Part shown: piece by piece, positions 54,717 through 64,000 of the stretch
How the letters are laid out: each line of letters opens with the position of its first letter
Position numbering within the stretch: the first letter of the stretch is position 1
Assembly (NCBI GenBank): GCA_964363305.1
Contig: CAYIHX010000005.1
Location: 61,702 to 125,701, forward strand
Length of the DNA: 64,000 nucleotides
Reading direction: 5' to 3'
Source of the DNA: an uncultured Bacteriovoracaceae bacterium
GTDB lineage: Bacteria; Bdellovibrionota; UBA1018
Notes under the pieces: generated by a model
Databases searched by the model: none
What the model was told of the DNA's origin: nothing
The model's input: only the letters and a program-made list of their open reading frames with translations
Translations under genes and position numbers: made by a program

Positions 54717-56637
54717 GGAGTTGCCGGAGGTCGATCACTCGTTGGCCGTCTTTTTCAAAAACGGTCGCCTCCGAGAGGAGTTGATCCGGGAGCGAAAGCG
54801 CCTTTCTGAGCCGAAGAGGAAAGCCTGGCCCTTCGAGGAACCATCGCGCATCGATTTTTCGAAGAGAGGCGGCAACCAGGGCAGGTGTCGGAGAAGAGAC
54901 AAGAAGTTTATCGAGATCGGGATCCTTGTCGGTGATTCGGATGTCGTAGCCACCGAGGTAGTAGAGTTCGTTGTCGCCGTCAGAAATAATGAGATCCGTT
55001 TTTTTTGCGTGAGCGCGTAGCCAGGCCTTCGCATAGCCATTGCTGTCTTTGAGCACTGCTTGGTGCGGGAATTGGTAGCGCTGGGGGGAAAGCTGCATGA
55101 GGGGATACAGAGGAATGAGGCCACATGCGATGGCGGTCAGCCAAGGAAGAAGAGGGATCAGGTAACGTCGAACGAAGGGGAATGGCGGGCAGGAGAGTAG
55201 CCAGGACGTTGAGGCTCCGAAGGAGAGTCCGAGAAGGACGAGCCCGGGGCCCAGGAGGCGAAGTTGTGCGTTTCCCTTCAGGCCGAAAACGAAAAGAAGA
55301 AATGAGAGGAGACTGGTTACATAGATGCTCATCGCCATCGAAGGGGACGGAAGGGCGGGGCGAATCTTCTTCGCAAGGAATGCGATTGCGGCAATGGGGA
55401 GGAGGCTGAGCAGCGCTGGTTTTTGAAGCGCGAAAAGTTCTAGAACTCTCTGCGCTAGAACGTAGGGGACTTCAACGAGGATGTGTGCATAGCGGTAGCT
55501 GGACAGGATGCTTGATTCAGTGGGTCCGAGTACCGAGCTGGGCCAGAAGGAAAGAGAGACCGGAAAGAACGGGGTACCGGTGAGACTGAGATTGCGCACG
55601 GAGATCGGTATGAGGATCACGAGCGCGCCGATGCCCAAGCTGAGCGCAGGTTTCACTCGTTTCTCTAAGGCAAGGAGGGGCAGGATCCAGAGCAGTAGAG
55701 GGAGCAAAGCGAATACACTGGTAAATTTTGTAACGAAAGAAAGCGCCGAGAATAGACCGATGAGGAAGGCATCTTTTGGGTTCAGTATCTTTTTTGAATA
55801 AGAGTAGATCAGTACAAGAGCGGAGAGCGAGAGCCAGTAGGTGGCTCCCCAGTCGTTCTTTGCGAGAGGGGCCGTCCAAATCATGGGTCCCGCTCCAATC
55901 GCGAGCGCGGTACAGAAGAGGCGTAATTCAGTTCGGGCAGTCACAAATTTTGTGAACGAAAAAATGGCGAGGACTGTTCCGCCGAAGCCGATCAGCACGT
56001 GAATCCATTGCGAGAACCATTGCGCCAGTGCGAGACCTCGGTCGGGTGACTGGGTCAGCATGAGCTGTGGCCAGAGGTAGAGGTATTCCCAAGTAGACGC
56101 CAGGAGCGTGATGGGATGCGAGGGTGAAAGGGCCACTTGCCCTTCTTGGAGCCAAAAACGAGGAGCTTCCAGGTGATAGTAGAGGGCGTCTCCGTGCCCC
56201 AGGAGGCGCATCGCCATGGCGATGCGAAGGAGGATGATCATTCCGATAAAGAGGAACACCCCCCAGGGGGGACGTCGGTAGGTGGCCAGGAAAGAGCCTC
56301 GAAGCATCAGACCGAGCGAGATGAGGATCGCAAGGAACCATTTAGTTTGAGGGAGAAGGAGTCCGAGTTGGGCAAGGGTGAATGTGGTGGAAATAAAGAA
56401 AACGGCACCTAGCCCCATGGAAATGGAAAATTCGGTTTCACGTTTTGAGAGAAGCTGGCCCCAGGCGATTAGGCCGAGGAGCCACCAGATGAAAACAACC
56501 CCAGTGAGTAAGAGGTCGTTCCATTGATGGATGTCGTCAATTTTTTTTCCGGTGCTGAGAAAAACCAGAGAGAGGAATCCAACGAAATTGAGTAGGGCAA
56601 CCGATGTTTGCCGTGACTTGATAAGGGAATTCAACAT
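54709..56637 (-). CDS. Large polytopic membrane protein, ArnT/PMT (GT39/GT-C)-like
   Basis: 642 aa with at least 12 TM helices, periplasmic loops and a soluble C-terminal domain. It is convergent with, and overlaps by 8 nt, the DUF2079-like gene. Confidence 0.45.
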   Translation of the reverse strand: MLNSLIKSRQTSVALLNFVGFLSLVFLSTGKKIDDIHQWNDLLLTGVVFIWWLLGLIAWGQLLSKRETEFSISMGLGAVFFISTTFTLAQLGLLLPQTKWFLAILISLGLMLRGSFLATYRRPPWGVFLFIGMIILLRIAMAMRLLGHGDALYYHLEAPRFWLQEGQVALSPSHPITLLASTWEYLYLWPQLMLTQSPDRGLALAQWFSQWIHVLIGFGGTVLAIFSFTKFVTARTELRLFCTALAIGAGPMIWTAPLAKNDWGATYWLSLSALVLIYSYSKKILNPKDAFLIGLFSALSFVTKFTSVFALLPLLLWILPLLALEKRVKPALSLGIGALVILIPISVRNLSLTGTPFFPVSLSFWPSSVLGPTESSILSSYRYAHILVEVPYVLAQRVLELFALQKPALLSLLPIAAIAFLAKKIRPALPSPSMAMSIYVTSLLSFLLFVFGLKGNAQLRLLGPGLVLLGLSFGASTSWLLSCPPFPFVRRYLIPLLPWLTAIACGLIPLYPLMQLSPQRYQFPHQAVLKDSNGYAKAWLRAHAKKTDLIISDGDNELYYLGGYDIRITDKDPDLDKLLVSSPTPALVAASLRKIDARWFLEGPGFPLRLRKALSLPDQLLSEATVFEKDGQRVIDLRQLLN

Positions 56638-56693
56638 TTCCTCTCAAATGGAGCACCGAAAGGCGGGAGACTCAAGTGCTTTGGGTGAGAGGC

Positions 56694-57071
56694 CTACTTC
56701 AACCGCAACCCACTGACCCGTTCGAAGTGTTTCCGGTTGCGGGTCAGCAGTGAGGCCCGTTTTTCGAGGCAGATGCCCGCGATGAGGGAGTCGGCCATTC
56801 CAATGGTGGCGCGCTTTTCTTCGAGTTCTTTGCGCACGCGGGCGGCTTTCTCGGCGGAGGGGGCGTCCAAGGGGAAGAGGGTGAGGGCGGCGAGCAGGGT
56901 CTCTACCGCTGCGGCTTGCATCTTGGAATGAGCGCCGGCCCAGAGCTCGAACGCCGTGATGGCAGTGGTGGAAAGCGAGCCGGCCTTTAAGAGCGCCTCG
57001 ACCTGGCTGGCCGCGCCCCGCCCTCTGAGGAAGTCGATCAAGACATCAGTGTCCGCGATGGTCATCGCCAT
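56694..57071 (-). CDS. vapC: PIN-domain toxin VapC
   Basis: MAMTIADTDVLIDFLRG...; the PIN acidic residues are present (D at about positions 7 and 9, E, and a D in the C-terminal NRKHFERV region), about 125 aa. Confidence 0.75.
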   Translation of the reverse strand: MAMTIADTDVLIDFLRGRGAASQVEALLKAGSLSTTAITAFELWAGAHSKMQAAAVETLLAALTLFPLDAPSAEKAARVRKELEEKRATIGMADSLIAGICLEKRASLLTRNRKHFERVSGLRLK

Positions 57072-57301
57072 TTCTCCCGGAGCGTGGAAGCTCTCGATTC
57101 GAACTCTTCGCCGCCCTTGCCGGAGAAGGCGCCGCGAGTTTCGAGAGCGGCCAGAATGAGGTGTTGTTTGCGTGATTCCCGAAGAAGGTATTCGTCGAGA
57201 GCATCTTCGATGATGGAGGAGAAGCCCTTGATCCCTCTTTTTGCAGCGAGCCGGAGGAGTTCGGCTCGCTGCGCTGGCTTGAGTTCAATAGTCGTTCTCA
57301 T
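57062..57301 (-). CDS. VapB-type antitoxin (ribbon-helix-helix / CopG-like)
   Basis: 79 aa, MRTTIELKPAQRAELLRLAAKRGI. It overlaps vapC by 10 nt. Confidence 0.6.
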   Translation of the reverse strand: MRTTIELKPAQRAELLRLAAKRGIKGFSSIIEDALDEYLLRESRKQHLILAALETRGAFSGKGGEEFESRASTLREKWR

Positions 57302-57319
57302 TTCTCCATAGGGGAATCA

Positions 57320-59341
57320 TTACAGTTTTGCCCCGTCCGCGCTGGCCGAGCCGATCGAGTACCCTCGGATCGAGACCGTGCCGCCGAACAGCACCGCCGG
57401 GGTGTATTGCTCGGTGTGAGTGGCGTCGACGTGTCGACCATCCCAGTAGTCGGTGATCGTCCCGGCCGTGTAGCTCACCGGTTGCTGGATGCGATTCACC
57501 AGGTGCAGCATCACGGCGTAGCCCGGAGGGACATCGTCGAAGACTCGGCAGCTTGCGCGAGGCTCGAGTCGAAGACGAAGCGACAGCCCATCCCCTTCTT
57601 GTGGGAAGGCATTCAACGGACACTCCTTAGTGACTTCGGTGGAGGTGGCGCTCTCATCAGTGCCGCTCTCTTTCCGGTAGACGAATTTGAGAAAGAGCCC
57701 ACCGAAGATCTGCTGAAGCTGCCCGACCGGCTGGTCGATGCGGATCATCAAAGGGTCTCTCCGCTCATAGGTCTTGGTGTCCACGTATTGATCCTGCGTT
57801 TCCGCGCAGCCTCGATCGACCGTGTAGGGCTTGCAATGGTAGTGGCGTTCGCTGCCGCCGGAGTCGCAGTCCATGAGCGTTTCCGTGCGTCGACGGATGC
57901 AGACCGGGTTGGAGGCATGACTTCTCGCCTCATGGCTGAGTTCACGCTGCTCCATCTCGATGAAGGAGGGCGTGATCTCCAGCAGGTCGCCGGCGAGAAC
58001 GGTGAGGCCGGTTTCGATCGAGCGACCGTCGTTGCCGAGCGAGCGTCGGCATTGCGGACGTCCGCCCTCTCCGGTTTCGTTGCAACGACCTTCTACCGCA
58101 CTCTCTCCAATCACGATCGATCGATCCTGGAGGGGCTGAAGCTTGCTCCAGGTGAGATAGTTCTGCGTGGTGAGCGCGGTGCTCGAATGCTGCCACGATA
58201 CCGTGAAGGCGCGCTCGGCGGTGGCTCCATTGGGCACGATCTTCAGTTGCATGCAGCTTTGCGCCGCCATCCGGCATTCGATGACTTGAGTTTGCGCTTC
58301 CGCTGGCATCGGTTCGAAGAAGGCCTGAATCGCGAGGTCAACGACGCGATTGAGCGCATCGCCTTGCTCGCCTTGAATACCCACTTTGATGGCTTGTTGG
58401 CGCACGACCCGCTGAATTTTCGAACCCAGCTCGTGCCGGAACCAGTAGCCGCCTTCCGCCTGGATGGCGTTTTCGAGCGCATCGCGCAGGCGCGTGCGAT
58501 CGAACTCAAGGCTCAGCTGGCTGACCGTGAACGGCACCCGTGTTTGATACGTGGCTCGAACATCGACGGCTCCGGCATAGAGCGCGTTTTCGAGCAGGTA
58601 ACGGGCGTCGCCCTCGCTCAAGGTGAGTGAGGCGGTGAAGGGTCGATTCAGCGGACAGAAGTCTCCGCTCGTGGCATCTTGTGGGGTCAGGTCGTACTCC
58701 TGATTGGCCACGCGCACGATGATCCGGGTCGGGCAACCAGGGAGAGGTGCGAGCTGCATGGCGCGACCTTCAGCCCGACTGACGTAGGCCTGCAATCCCT
58801 CCGGGTCTTGCACGAGGAGGTCGCTCGGAAGGCGGATGGTTCCGACTCCACTCGGGGCGGTGATCTCGGCGGCGAGACCGTCGGCGAGCACGAGCGGGAA
58901 CGAAAGAGTGACCGTGCCGTCCGGGTTTCTTCGGTGGGCGAGGCGAGCGCCGTCGCTGCTGCGATAGGCGAAGATGCGCGGGCCGATGAGGGCCGTCTCC
59001 CGCATCTGAGGGTTGTTGCGAATGAGGAAGACATTGGTTCTATAGGCGCCGGGAACAGGCAACGCCACAAGATCGGTTTGCTGGTACTGCGTGCGCCAGT
59101 AGTCTTGCTCTTCACGAGTCATCTGGGTTCGGTGCAGGGTGACGGATTGATCGGCCGCGGTCACGCTCTCGGTTGGCCACGGTCGCCGTTGGGCTGCTTC
59201 GTCTGAGGGGGGGCCATGGGGAGTTGCCTCGGGAGCAGGCTCTTCGAGACGGTAGCCGCAGCCCATCAGGGTGAGTAGGGCCGTAGTGATGAGTGATGCG
59301 AGCCAGATGCTGAGGTAGAACTTTCGGTCTTTCGTGATCAT
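57320..59341 (-). CDS. Large lipoprotein of unknown function
   Basis: An internal Met at about 59341 gives MITKDRKFYLSIWLASLITTALLTLMGCGY (lipobox LMGC), then about 650 aa with several Cys pairs and no motif I recognise. Confidence 0.5.
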   Translation of the reverse strand: MITKDRKFYLSIWLASLITTALLTLMGCGYRLEEPAPEATPHGPPSDEAAQRRPWPTESVTAADQSVTLHRTQMTREEQDYWRTQYQQTDLVALPVPGAYRTNVFLIRNNPQMRETALIGPRIFAYRSSDGARLAHRRNPDGTVTLSFPLVLADGLAAEITAPSGVGTIRLPSDLLVQDPEGLQAYVSRAEGRAMQLAPLPGCPTRIIVRVANQEYDLTPQDATSGDFCPLNRPFTASLTLSEGDARYLLENALYAGAVDVRATYQTRVPFTVSQLSLEFDRTRLRDALENAIQAEGGYWFRHELGSKIQRVVRQQAIKVGIQGEQGDALNRVVDLAIQAFFEPMPAEAQTQVIECRMAAQSCMQLKIVPNGATAERAFTVSWQHSSTALTTQNYLTWSKLQPLQDRSIVIGESAVEGRCNETGEGGRPQCRRSLGNDGRSIETGLTVLAGDLLEITPSFIEMEQRELSHEARSHASNPVCIRRRTETLMDCDSGGSERHYHCKPYTVDRGCAETQDQYVDTKTYERRDPLMIRIDQPVGQLQQIFGGLFLKFVYRKESGTDESATSTEVTKECPLNAFPQEGDGLSLRLRLEPRASCRVFDDVPPGYAVMLHLVNRIQQPVSYTAGTITDYWDGRHVDATHTEQYTPAVLFGGTVSIRGYSIGSASADGAKL

Positions 59342-59499
59342 GATTTGAATCTCCGGGGTTTGAAGTGCCTCATCGACCGAGAGCAAGGGGCGGGCCAGGA
59401 CCGGGGAGAGAATAAAGAAGGGCTCGGGTTGCAGGTGCCTGCTCGAACCCACGCGGCCTGTGGGCTGAAGCCCACGACTCGGAGTGGCTTGGTAAGTTT

Positions 59500-60282
59500 G
59501 TGAGGATCTGGCATGTATCGTTCATGGACTTGCAGGAGAGCGCATTGGCGAATCAGCTGACGCAGCAGGGGTTTCGGCACCCCTGGGAACGGGCGCGATT
59601 TCGGTTTTTTGATCGCGTTCTGAGACGAGGCTGGAAGAACGGGGACCGCGTTCTTGATGTCGGCGCCGGTGACGGCTGGTTTGCCGAGCAACTCTTGCTG
59701 AATCACTGGGTGGTTTCGCGCGTGGTCTGCTGGGATTCCGGCTATTCCGACGCGAGTTTCGCCGTGAAGGAGGGGGCGCGCCTGGAGCGCACGGCATCTC
59801 AGCCGACTGAAAAGTTTGAGAAAATCCTACTCCTCGATGTCTTAGAACACGTGGATGGCGATGCCGCGTTTCTCAAAGGAATCGTCGAACAAAACCTGGC
59901 GCCGCGCGGGGAGGTGCTGATTTCGGTGCCGGCCTGGCAGCCGCTTTTCAGCGCCCATGATCGTTTTTTGAGGCATTTTCGGCGTTATTCATTCGAGCAG
60001 CTTCGCGTGTTGGTTCGGAGTGCCGATCTCGAAGTGGTTGCGAGCGGGGGCTTGTTTCATTCGTTGCTGTTGCCGCGCGCGTTAAGCGTGGTGCGGGAGC
60101 GTTTATTTCGGCGCACCGGTCCGGAGGTCGGGCTCGCCTCCTGGAATCATGGCCCCCTTGTGACGGGCTTGATCGGCTTCGCGTTGGCGATCGACAATCT
60201 GTTTTCGTTTCTTTTCTCTCGATGGGGTTGGCAGGTTCCAGGCTTGAGTGGGTGGGTGCGATGTCGCAAGCGCGGGGAGTAG
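59500..60282 (+). CDS. Class I SAM-dependent methyltransferase
   Basis: VLDVGAGDGWFAEQL and LLLDVLEHVDGD motifs. Confidence 0.65.
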   Translation: MRIWHVSFMDLQESALANQLTQQGFRHPWERARFRFFDRVLRRGWKNGDRVLDVGAGDGWFAEQLLLNHWVVSRVVCWDSGYSDASFAVKEGARLERTASQPTEKFEKILLLDVLEHVDGDAAFLKGIVEQNLAPRGEVLISVPAWQPLFSAHDRFLRHFRRYSFEQLRVLVRSADLEVVASGGLFHSLLLPRALSVVRERLFRRTGPEVGLASWNHGPLVTGLIGFALAIDNLFSFLFSRWGWQVPGLSGWVRCRKRGE

Positions 60283-60998
60283 CCGTTGTTCCTTGTTATA
60301 ATGAGGAGCGGCGATTTGTCGGTGCTTCTTTTGCGCTCCTGGTGAAGGCCGGGGCCCGCGTGCTCTTTGTGGACGATGGTTCGCGGGATGGAACTTTGGG
60401 CGCTCTTCAGCGTTTTCAGGCGGAGTGCGCGGCGGGTGAGGTGGAGATCTTGTCGCTGCCTCGGAACGGGGGCAAGGCGGAAGCCGTTCGCCAGGGAATG
60501 GCGCATGCTTTGACGCGAGGGGCGGCTTGGGTGGGTTATCTCGACGCCGACGGGGCGACGCCGGCTGCTGAGTTTCTGCGACTCGTGCATGAGCTGGAGA
60601 CTCGCCCGGTCAAAGTGGTGCTGGGTTCGCGGGTGAATCTGCTGGGGACTCGCATCGAGCGGACGGCGTTGCGACATTACCTGGGCCGGATCTTCGCCAC
60701 GGTGGCCTCGATGTCGCTGCGTTTGTCGGTGTATGACACGCAGTGCGGGGCAAAGGTTTTTCGTTCGACGGAGGCGATTCAGCGCGCGGTTGAGCGGAAG
60801 TTCTCCTCCCGCTGGGTGTTTGACGTCGAGCTGATCGGACGACTTTTGAACGGGGGATTAAACGCGCGAGATTTTGTTGAGGTCCCTTTGCAGGAGTGGC
60901 GGGATATCGCCGGTTCGAAGTTGGGTCTGCGGGCGATGCTTCGAGCGGGTTACGATCTATTGAAGCTTTTGCTGCGTCGGAGAGAGGGGTTCGACTAG
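60261..60998 (+). CDS. Family 2 glycosyltransferase (polyprenyl-phosphate sugar synthase / DPM1-like)
   Basis: VAVVPCYNEERRF...VLFVDDGSRDGT...YLDADG is the GT2/DPM-synthase pattern. The ATG at about 60261 overlaps the methyltransferase stop. Confidence 0.7.
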   Translation: MSQARGVAVVPCYNEERRFVGASFALLVKAGARVLFVDDGSRDGTLGALQRFQAECAAGEVEILSLPRNGGKAEAVRQGMAHALTRGAAWVGYLDADGATPAAEFLRLVHELETRPVKVVLGSRVNLLGTRIERTALRHYLGRIFATVASMSLRLSVYDTQCGAKVFRSTEAIQRAVERKFSSRWVFDVELIGRLLNGGLNARDFVEVPLQEWRDIAGSKLGLRAMLRAGYDLLKLLLRRREGFD

Positions 60999-61615
60999 CG
61001 CATTCCTGGAATCATCGGGCCCATCATTTGAGTGCCGGGCAGGAACGGCGCGCCGGTGAAGTTTTGTTTGCGTTTGAGGAGGCGAGCCTTCTCAAAAGGG
61101 GTCCAGTAGTTCAGCGCCACGGTGGTGACGTCGAGCTTCCAGTAGAATTCGAATTTTGAAAGATCGGCGAGGCTTTGTTTCCCTTCAGGAAGCTCGAAGA
61201 AGATGCTGGCGATCCGACTTTCACTGGTCCGGATGTTGAGCCACGGCAGGAGATCGGAATCGGCCTTCACGATGAGCGGCGCGATTCCAGTGGTTCCTTC
61301 AAAGCGAATACGGCAGTCGTTGAGGTTGATCTTCCAATCGGCGCGATCGCGATTGGAGATCAGCAGATGCATCCAGAGGGCGTGAACTTTTCCGCGCCCC
61401 GGAACTTCGACCCGCTCGAATCCGTAGGAGTCGACTCGGATGTAACTCTCTTTGCTGTCGGGCGGGTAAGGATACGTGGCTCCGGGGACTTGCTTGGGCG
61501 TGTGCTCGGTATTTTCGGTGGGCGCGTAGTGAAACTGGGCGCCGGCGCACCCGAGGAGCGTTCCCCCGAGAAGGCTCATGAACAGGAGGTGGTTGGAGAG
61601 ACGCACTGCGCGCAT
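60995..61615 (-). CDS. Hypothetical lipoprotein
   Basis: N-terminal MRAVRLSNHLLFMSLLGGTLLGCAGAQ (lipobox LLGC), about 206 aa, no recognisable domain. Confidence 0.45.
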   Translation of the reverse strand: MRAVRLSNHLLFMSLLGGTLLGCAGAQFHYAPTENTEHTPKQVPGATYPYPPDSKESYIRVDSYGFERVEVPGRGKVHALWMHLLISNRDRADWKINLNDCRIRFEGTTGIAPLIVKADSDLLPWLNIRTSESRIASIFFELPEGKQSLADLSKFEFYWKLDVTTVALNYWTPFEKARLLKRKQNFTGAPFLPGTQMMGPMIPGMR

Positions 61616-61671
61616 GGCGAGAGACTAGCTTAAGGAGTGACAAAGAGGAAGCGACCTGCCATTTTTCAGCG

Positions 61672-62484
61672 ATGCTTTGGATTTTGATCACGGCACTAGC
61701 CCTCGCGGGGTCGGTAGAGGAGCGTGCGTGCACGAAATCCAAGCGCCACGAAGGGCTGGTGGCCTGGCAGCGGAGTCTTTATAGAGATCGCGCGTTGCGG
61801 GAGGCGACCGGCGGAGTGATCGATCTCGAACTGCGAGACCGTTTTCAGGCGATGACCAGCGACGCTCTTTTTGGACGAGCGGGCTCAGTCCTTCACCGTC
61901 GAAACAGCGAGCTCCTCGCGCAGTACGCCCGGCGATTGGAGAAAGCGGGGCTGGAGTGGCCCGCAAAATTCGGTAGGCAAGTAATTCGGGCGATCGAAGC
62001 GAAGTTGAAGCCAGCCGAGATTCGGCAGCTGGGGTTGCGCAGGGTGGAGTTCGTTCCGGTTCGGCGCTGGCCCTCTTTTGCGTCGGGCCCGGAGCTGCTG
62101 AGGTCTTGTGGAAACGATCTTTTGGAAGCCGGCGTTGCGTTACATCATGATCGAGTGGTGCTTTGTCCGGGCGCTCTTTTGAGGACGGGCGTTTCGGCCT
62201 GGGGTGTGGAGGTTCGTGCTCCGGTGGCGGATTCACCGTCGGAAGGCGAGCCACTGGCGGTGAAGTACTCGGAGGACCAACTGTGGGGCTGGGCGCTGGA
62301 AGCGCTGCGAGCCTGGGGTGAGCGGGCCTCGGAGGGTCGAAAAGATCGTGAGGAGTGGCGTGCGCTTCTTCGGCGCGCGTTAGCAGCGGCGAGCGGCTCT
62401 TCGGAGACCTGGAAGATCATGAACTACGAACCGATGTGCGGGACGTCGGCGGCGACTCGGGTATTCAACGCACCAGCTGAGTAA
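61672..62484 (+). CDS. Hypothetical secreted protein
   Basis: Signal-peptide-like MLWILITALALAGSVEE, then an Arg/Ala/Leu-rich sequence with no recognisable motif. Confidence 0.4.
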   Translation: MLWILITALALAGSVEERACTKSKRHEGLVAWQRSLYRDRALREATGGVIDLELRDRFQAMTSDALFGRAGSVLHRRNSELLAQYARRLEKAGLEWPAKFGRQVIRAIEAKLKPAEIRQLGLRRVEFVPVRRWPSFASGPELLRSCGNDLLEAGVALHHDRVVLCPGALLRTGVSAWGVEVRAPVADSPSEGEPLAVKYSEDQLWGWALEALRAWGERASEGRKDREEWRALLRRALAAASGSSETWKIMNYEPMCGTSAATRVFNAPAE

Positions 62485-63982
62485 TGAGCTTTTTCTTGAA
62501 GAGGGCTTCGAAAAGATCCTTTTTTTGTTCGATGCGCAGCAGCTCAAGATCGATCGGGCCCTGACCGGACACCGACAGGTGAACGTTCTTCCCTCGGATG
62601 CTGATCTTTCGGATGCGGACGGTCCCCTGGTGTCCACGGTCGAGCGCGTCCGCGATACGAAGGAATGAGAGAATTTTGAGAAACGCGTCTTTTCGCTGAG
62701 CGGAGACTTTGGCGGAACCACCGAGCTTAACGTTGTCGGTGTCGATCGCTCCGGCTCCGCGGTGGTGCAGGCAGAGCTGCGCGATGAACTCGTTCTCCCA
62801 GGGATCCATCGAAGGGAAATCGGCGTTTTTGACAATGTAGTACGAATGCTGTTCGTGATGGGTCGGAGTGATGGCTTCTCCCACGTCATGCAGAATCGCA
62901 GCCGCGGTGAGGTACATTTTCCATTTCGGTGCGAGGCGATGAATTCGCCTGAGCCTGTCGAATAGAAGTTCGGACAACTTCGCGACCGCTTCGAGGTGAA
63001 CTTGGTTCATGCCGAAGCGCTGCGCGCTGGCGAGAAGATCAGGGAGGTGGAATGCGATGGGCGATGATTGGGTGGACCGCAGAAGTTGGAGCTGCTCTTC
63101 GAGAATGCCGTCCCGCAGGGAGTACTCGGTGAGTAGGACTTGTTTGGTCTTGAGCGCCTGGAGAATCTCGTCGAGCAGCACGGCGCCGGCCAGAATCATG
63201 TCGGCCCGCTTCTCCTCCATCTGCGGAAGCGCCAGGAGCTGCGCGGTCGTCATCTTGCTCATCGTTTTGACGAGCTTGGTGAGCTGGTTTCCTTCGAAGC
63301 TTTTCGCGTGAAAATTGTTGCGAATGATTCGCGCCAGCGCGCGGGCCGTACCCGAGGAGGCGTAGACCTCAGCGGCCTTCGGCCATTCGTCGGCGATGAA
63401 GCGCGGTAGAACGACGCTCTTGATGTAACGTCGGAGATGGGGAATGGCGTCCGAGTTTTTCGGAGGGCTGCTCTTCAGGAAGACCTGCTGAAGTCGAGCC
63501 GTTCCGAGGGGGAAGCTTTCTGAATGGAGGAGTTGGCGGTTTCGAATGATGCTGACTTCGGTGCTTCCCCCTCCGATGTCGATGAGAGCGATCTTTTTTC
63601 GATCAGCGGTCTCGTGCGCGAGAACACCTAGCGCGATGAGACGGGCTTCTTCTTCTCCGGAAATCACACGGAGGTCGATCCCGGTTTTGGCTTTCACAGA
63701 CGCGAGGAAGCGTTTGGAATCGACTGCTTCTCGAAGTGCGCTCGTCCCGAACGCCACGATTTTATTGGTATGAAGCACCTGGGCCGTGTGCTTGAAACTC
63801 GCAAAGGCCTGAAGCGTTCGGCGAATGGCCTGCGGGTCGAGCTTTCCGTCGATGAAAACACCTTGGCCTAGCCGCACCATGAGTTTCTCACGGTGAAGCC
63901 GCCTCACCTGGGAACCTGGCCCAAGCTGGTGCACGTCGAAGCGCACCGAGTTGGTTCCGAGGTCGATGATCGCTAGTCTCAT
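62465..63982 (-). CDS. Ppx/GppA-family exopolyphosphatase/guanosine pentaphosphate phosphohydrolase with C-terminal HD domain
   Basis: MRLAIIDLGTNSVRFDV...LIDIGGGSTE is the ASKHA/Ppx-GppA N-domain. The C-terminal HDVGE is an HD motif. Confidence 0.8.
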   Translation of the reverse strand: MRLAIIDLGTNSVRFDVHQLGPGSQVRRLHREKLMVRLGQGVFIDGKLDPQAIRRTLQAFASFKHTAQVLHTNKIVAFGTSALREAVDSKRFLASVKAKTGIDLRVISGEEEARLIALGVLAHETADRKKIALIDIGGGSTEVSIIRNRQLLHSESFPLGTARLQQVFLKSSPPKNSDAIPHLRRYIKSVVLPRFIADEWPKAAEVYASSGTARALARIIRNNFHAKSFEGNQLTKLVKTMSKMTTAQLLALPQMEEKRADMILAGAVLLDEILQALKTKQVLLTEYSLRDGILEEQLQLLRSTQSSPIAFHLPDLLASAQRFGMNQVHLEAVAKLSELLFDRLRRIHRLAPKWKMYLTAAAILHDVGEAITPTHHEQHSYYIVKNADFPSMDPWENEFIAQLCLHHRGAGAIDTDNVKLGGSAKVSAQRKDAFLKILSFLRIADALDRGHQGTVRIRKISIRGKNVHLSVSGQGPIDLELLRIEQKKDLFEALFKKKLITQLVR

Positions 63983-64000
63983 TATGGCTCGTTAAGCCAT

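Noticed and set aside
1-64000. Scan for CRISPR arrays, rRNA, tRNA, integrases and transposases
   Set aside because: I found no regularly spaced direct repeats, no rRNA-like or cloverleaf-like segments in intergenic regions, and no ORF with recombinase or transposase motifs. A tRNA could be missed by eye, so tRNAscan should be run.

Overview
This window appears to come from a GC-rich bacterial chromosome and is dominated by a very large surface-glycan biosynthesis locus; I read it by eye and computed no statistics. The locus carries a recognisable complete pseudaminic-acid-type (nonulosonic acid) pathway: PseB, PseC, a GNAT/PseH candidate, PseG, PseI, and a PseF-like cytidylyltransferase fused to a class-III aminotransferase, plus a second NeuA-like cytidylyltransferase. 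Around this sit many tailoring enzymes (formyltransferase, PIG-L deacetylase, ATP-grasp ligase, FAH-family enzyme, at least five methyltransferases, and a GAPDH-like / 2-hydroxyacid dehydrogenase / HAD trio), together with Wzy/O-antigen-ligase-like proteins, glycosyltransferases of the GT2, GT4, WecB/TagA and GT-C types, a priming sugar transferase, a fused ABC exporter and a UDP-GlcNAc 2-epimerase. Between the 2-epimerase (ends 39358) and the next epimerase (starts 48990) lies an islet of about 9.6 kb of unrelated genes with AT-rich intergenic regions. It holds hipBA, a GNAT, two small hypothetical proteins, a rearranged AbiE-like module (a minimal AbiEii-like nucleotidyltransferase with a basic partner, divergent from an AbiEi-like regulator), and an operon of a family-5 solute-binding protein and a short YcaO-domain protein beside an orphan sensor kinase. 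It also contains three striking perfect AT-rich palindromes. Further right are an orphan MNT nucleotidyltransferase with an apparent HEPN remnant, vapBC, large lipoproteins and Ppx/GppA. I saw no rRNA, tRNA, CRISPR array, integrase or transposase. The most novel-looking element is the SBP–YcaO–kinase cluster, followed by the split AbiE-like module. Coordinates for ORFs follow the supplied track; hand-placed intergenic coordinates may be off by 1–2 nt. The track uses alternative start codons, so several true starts are probably internal; I adjusted them where the sequence supported it.
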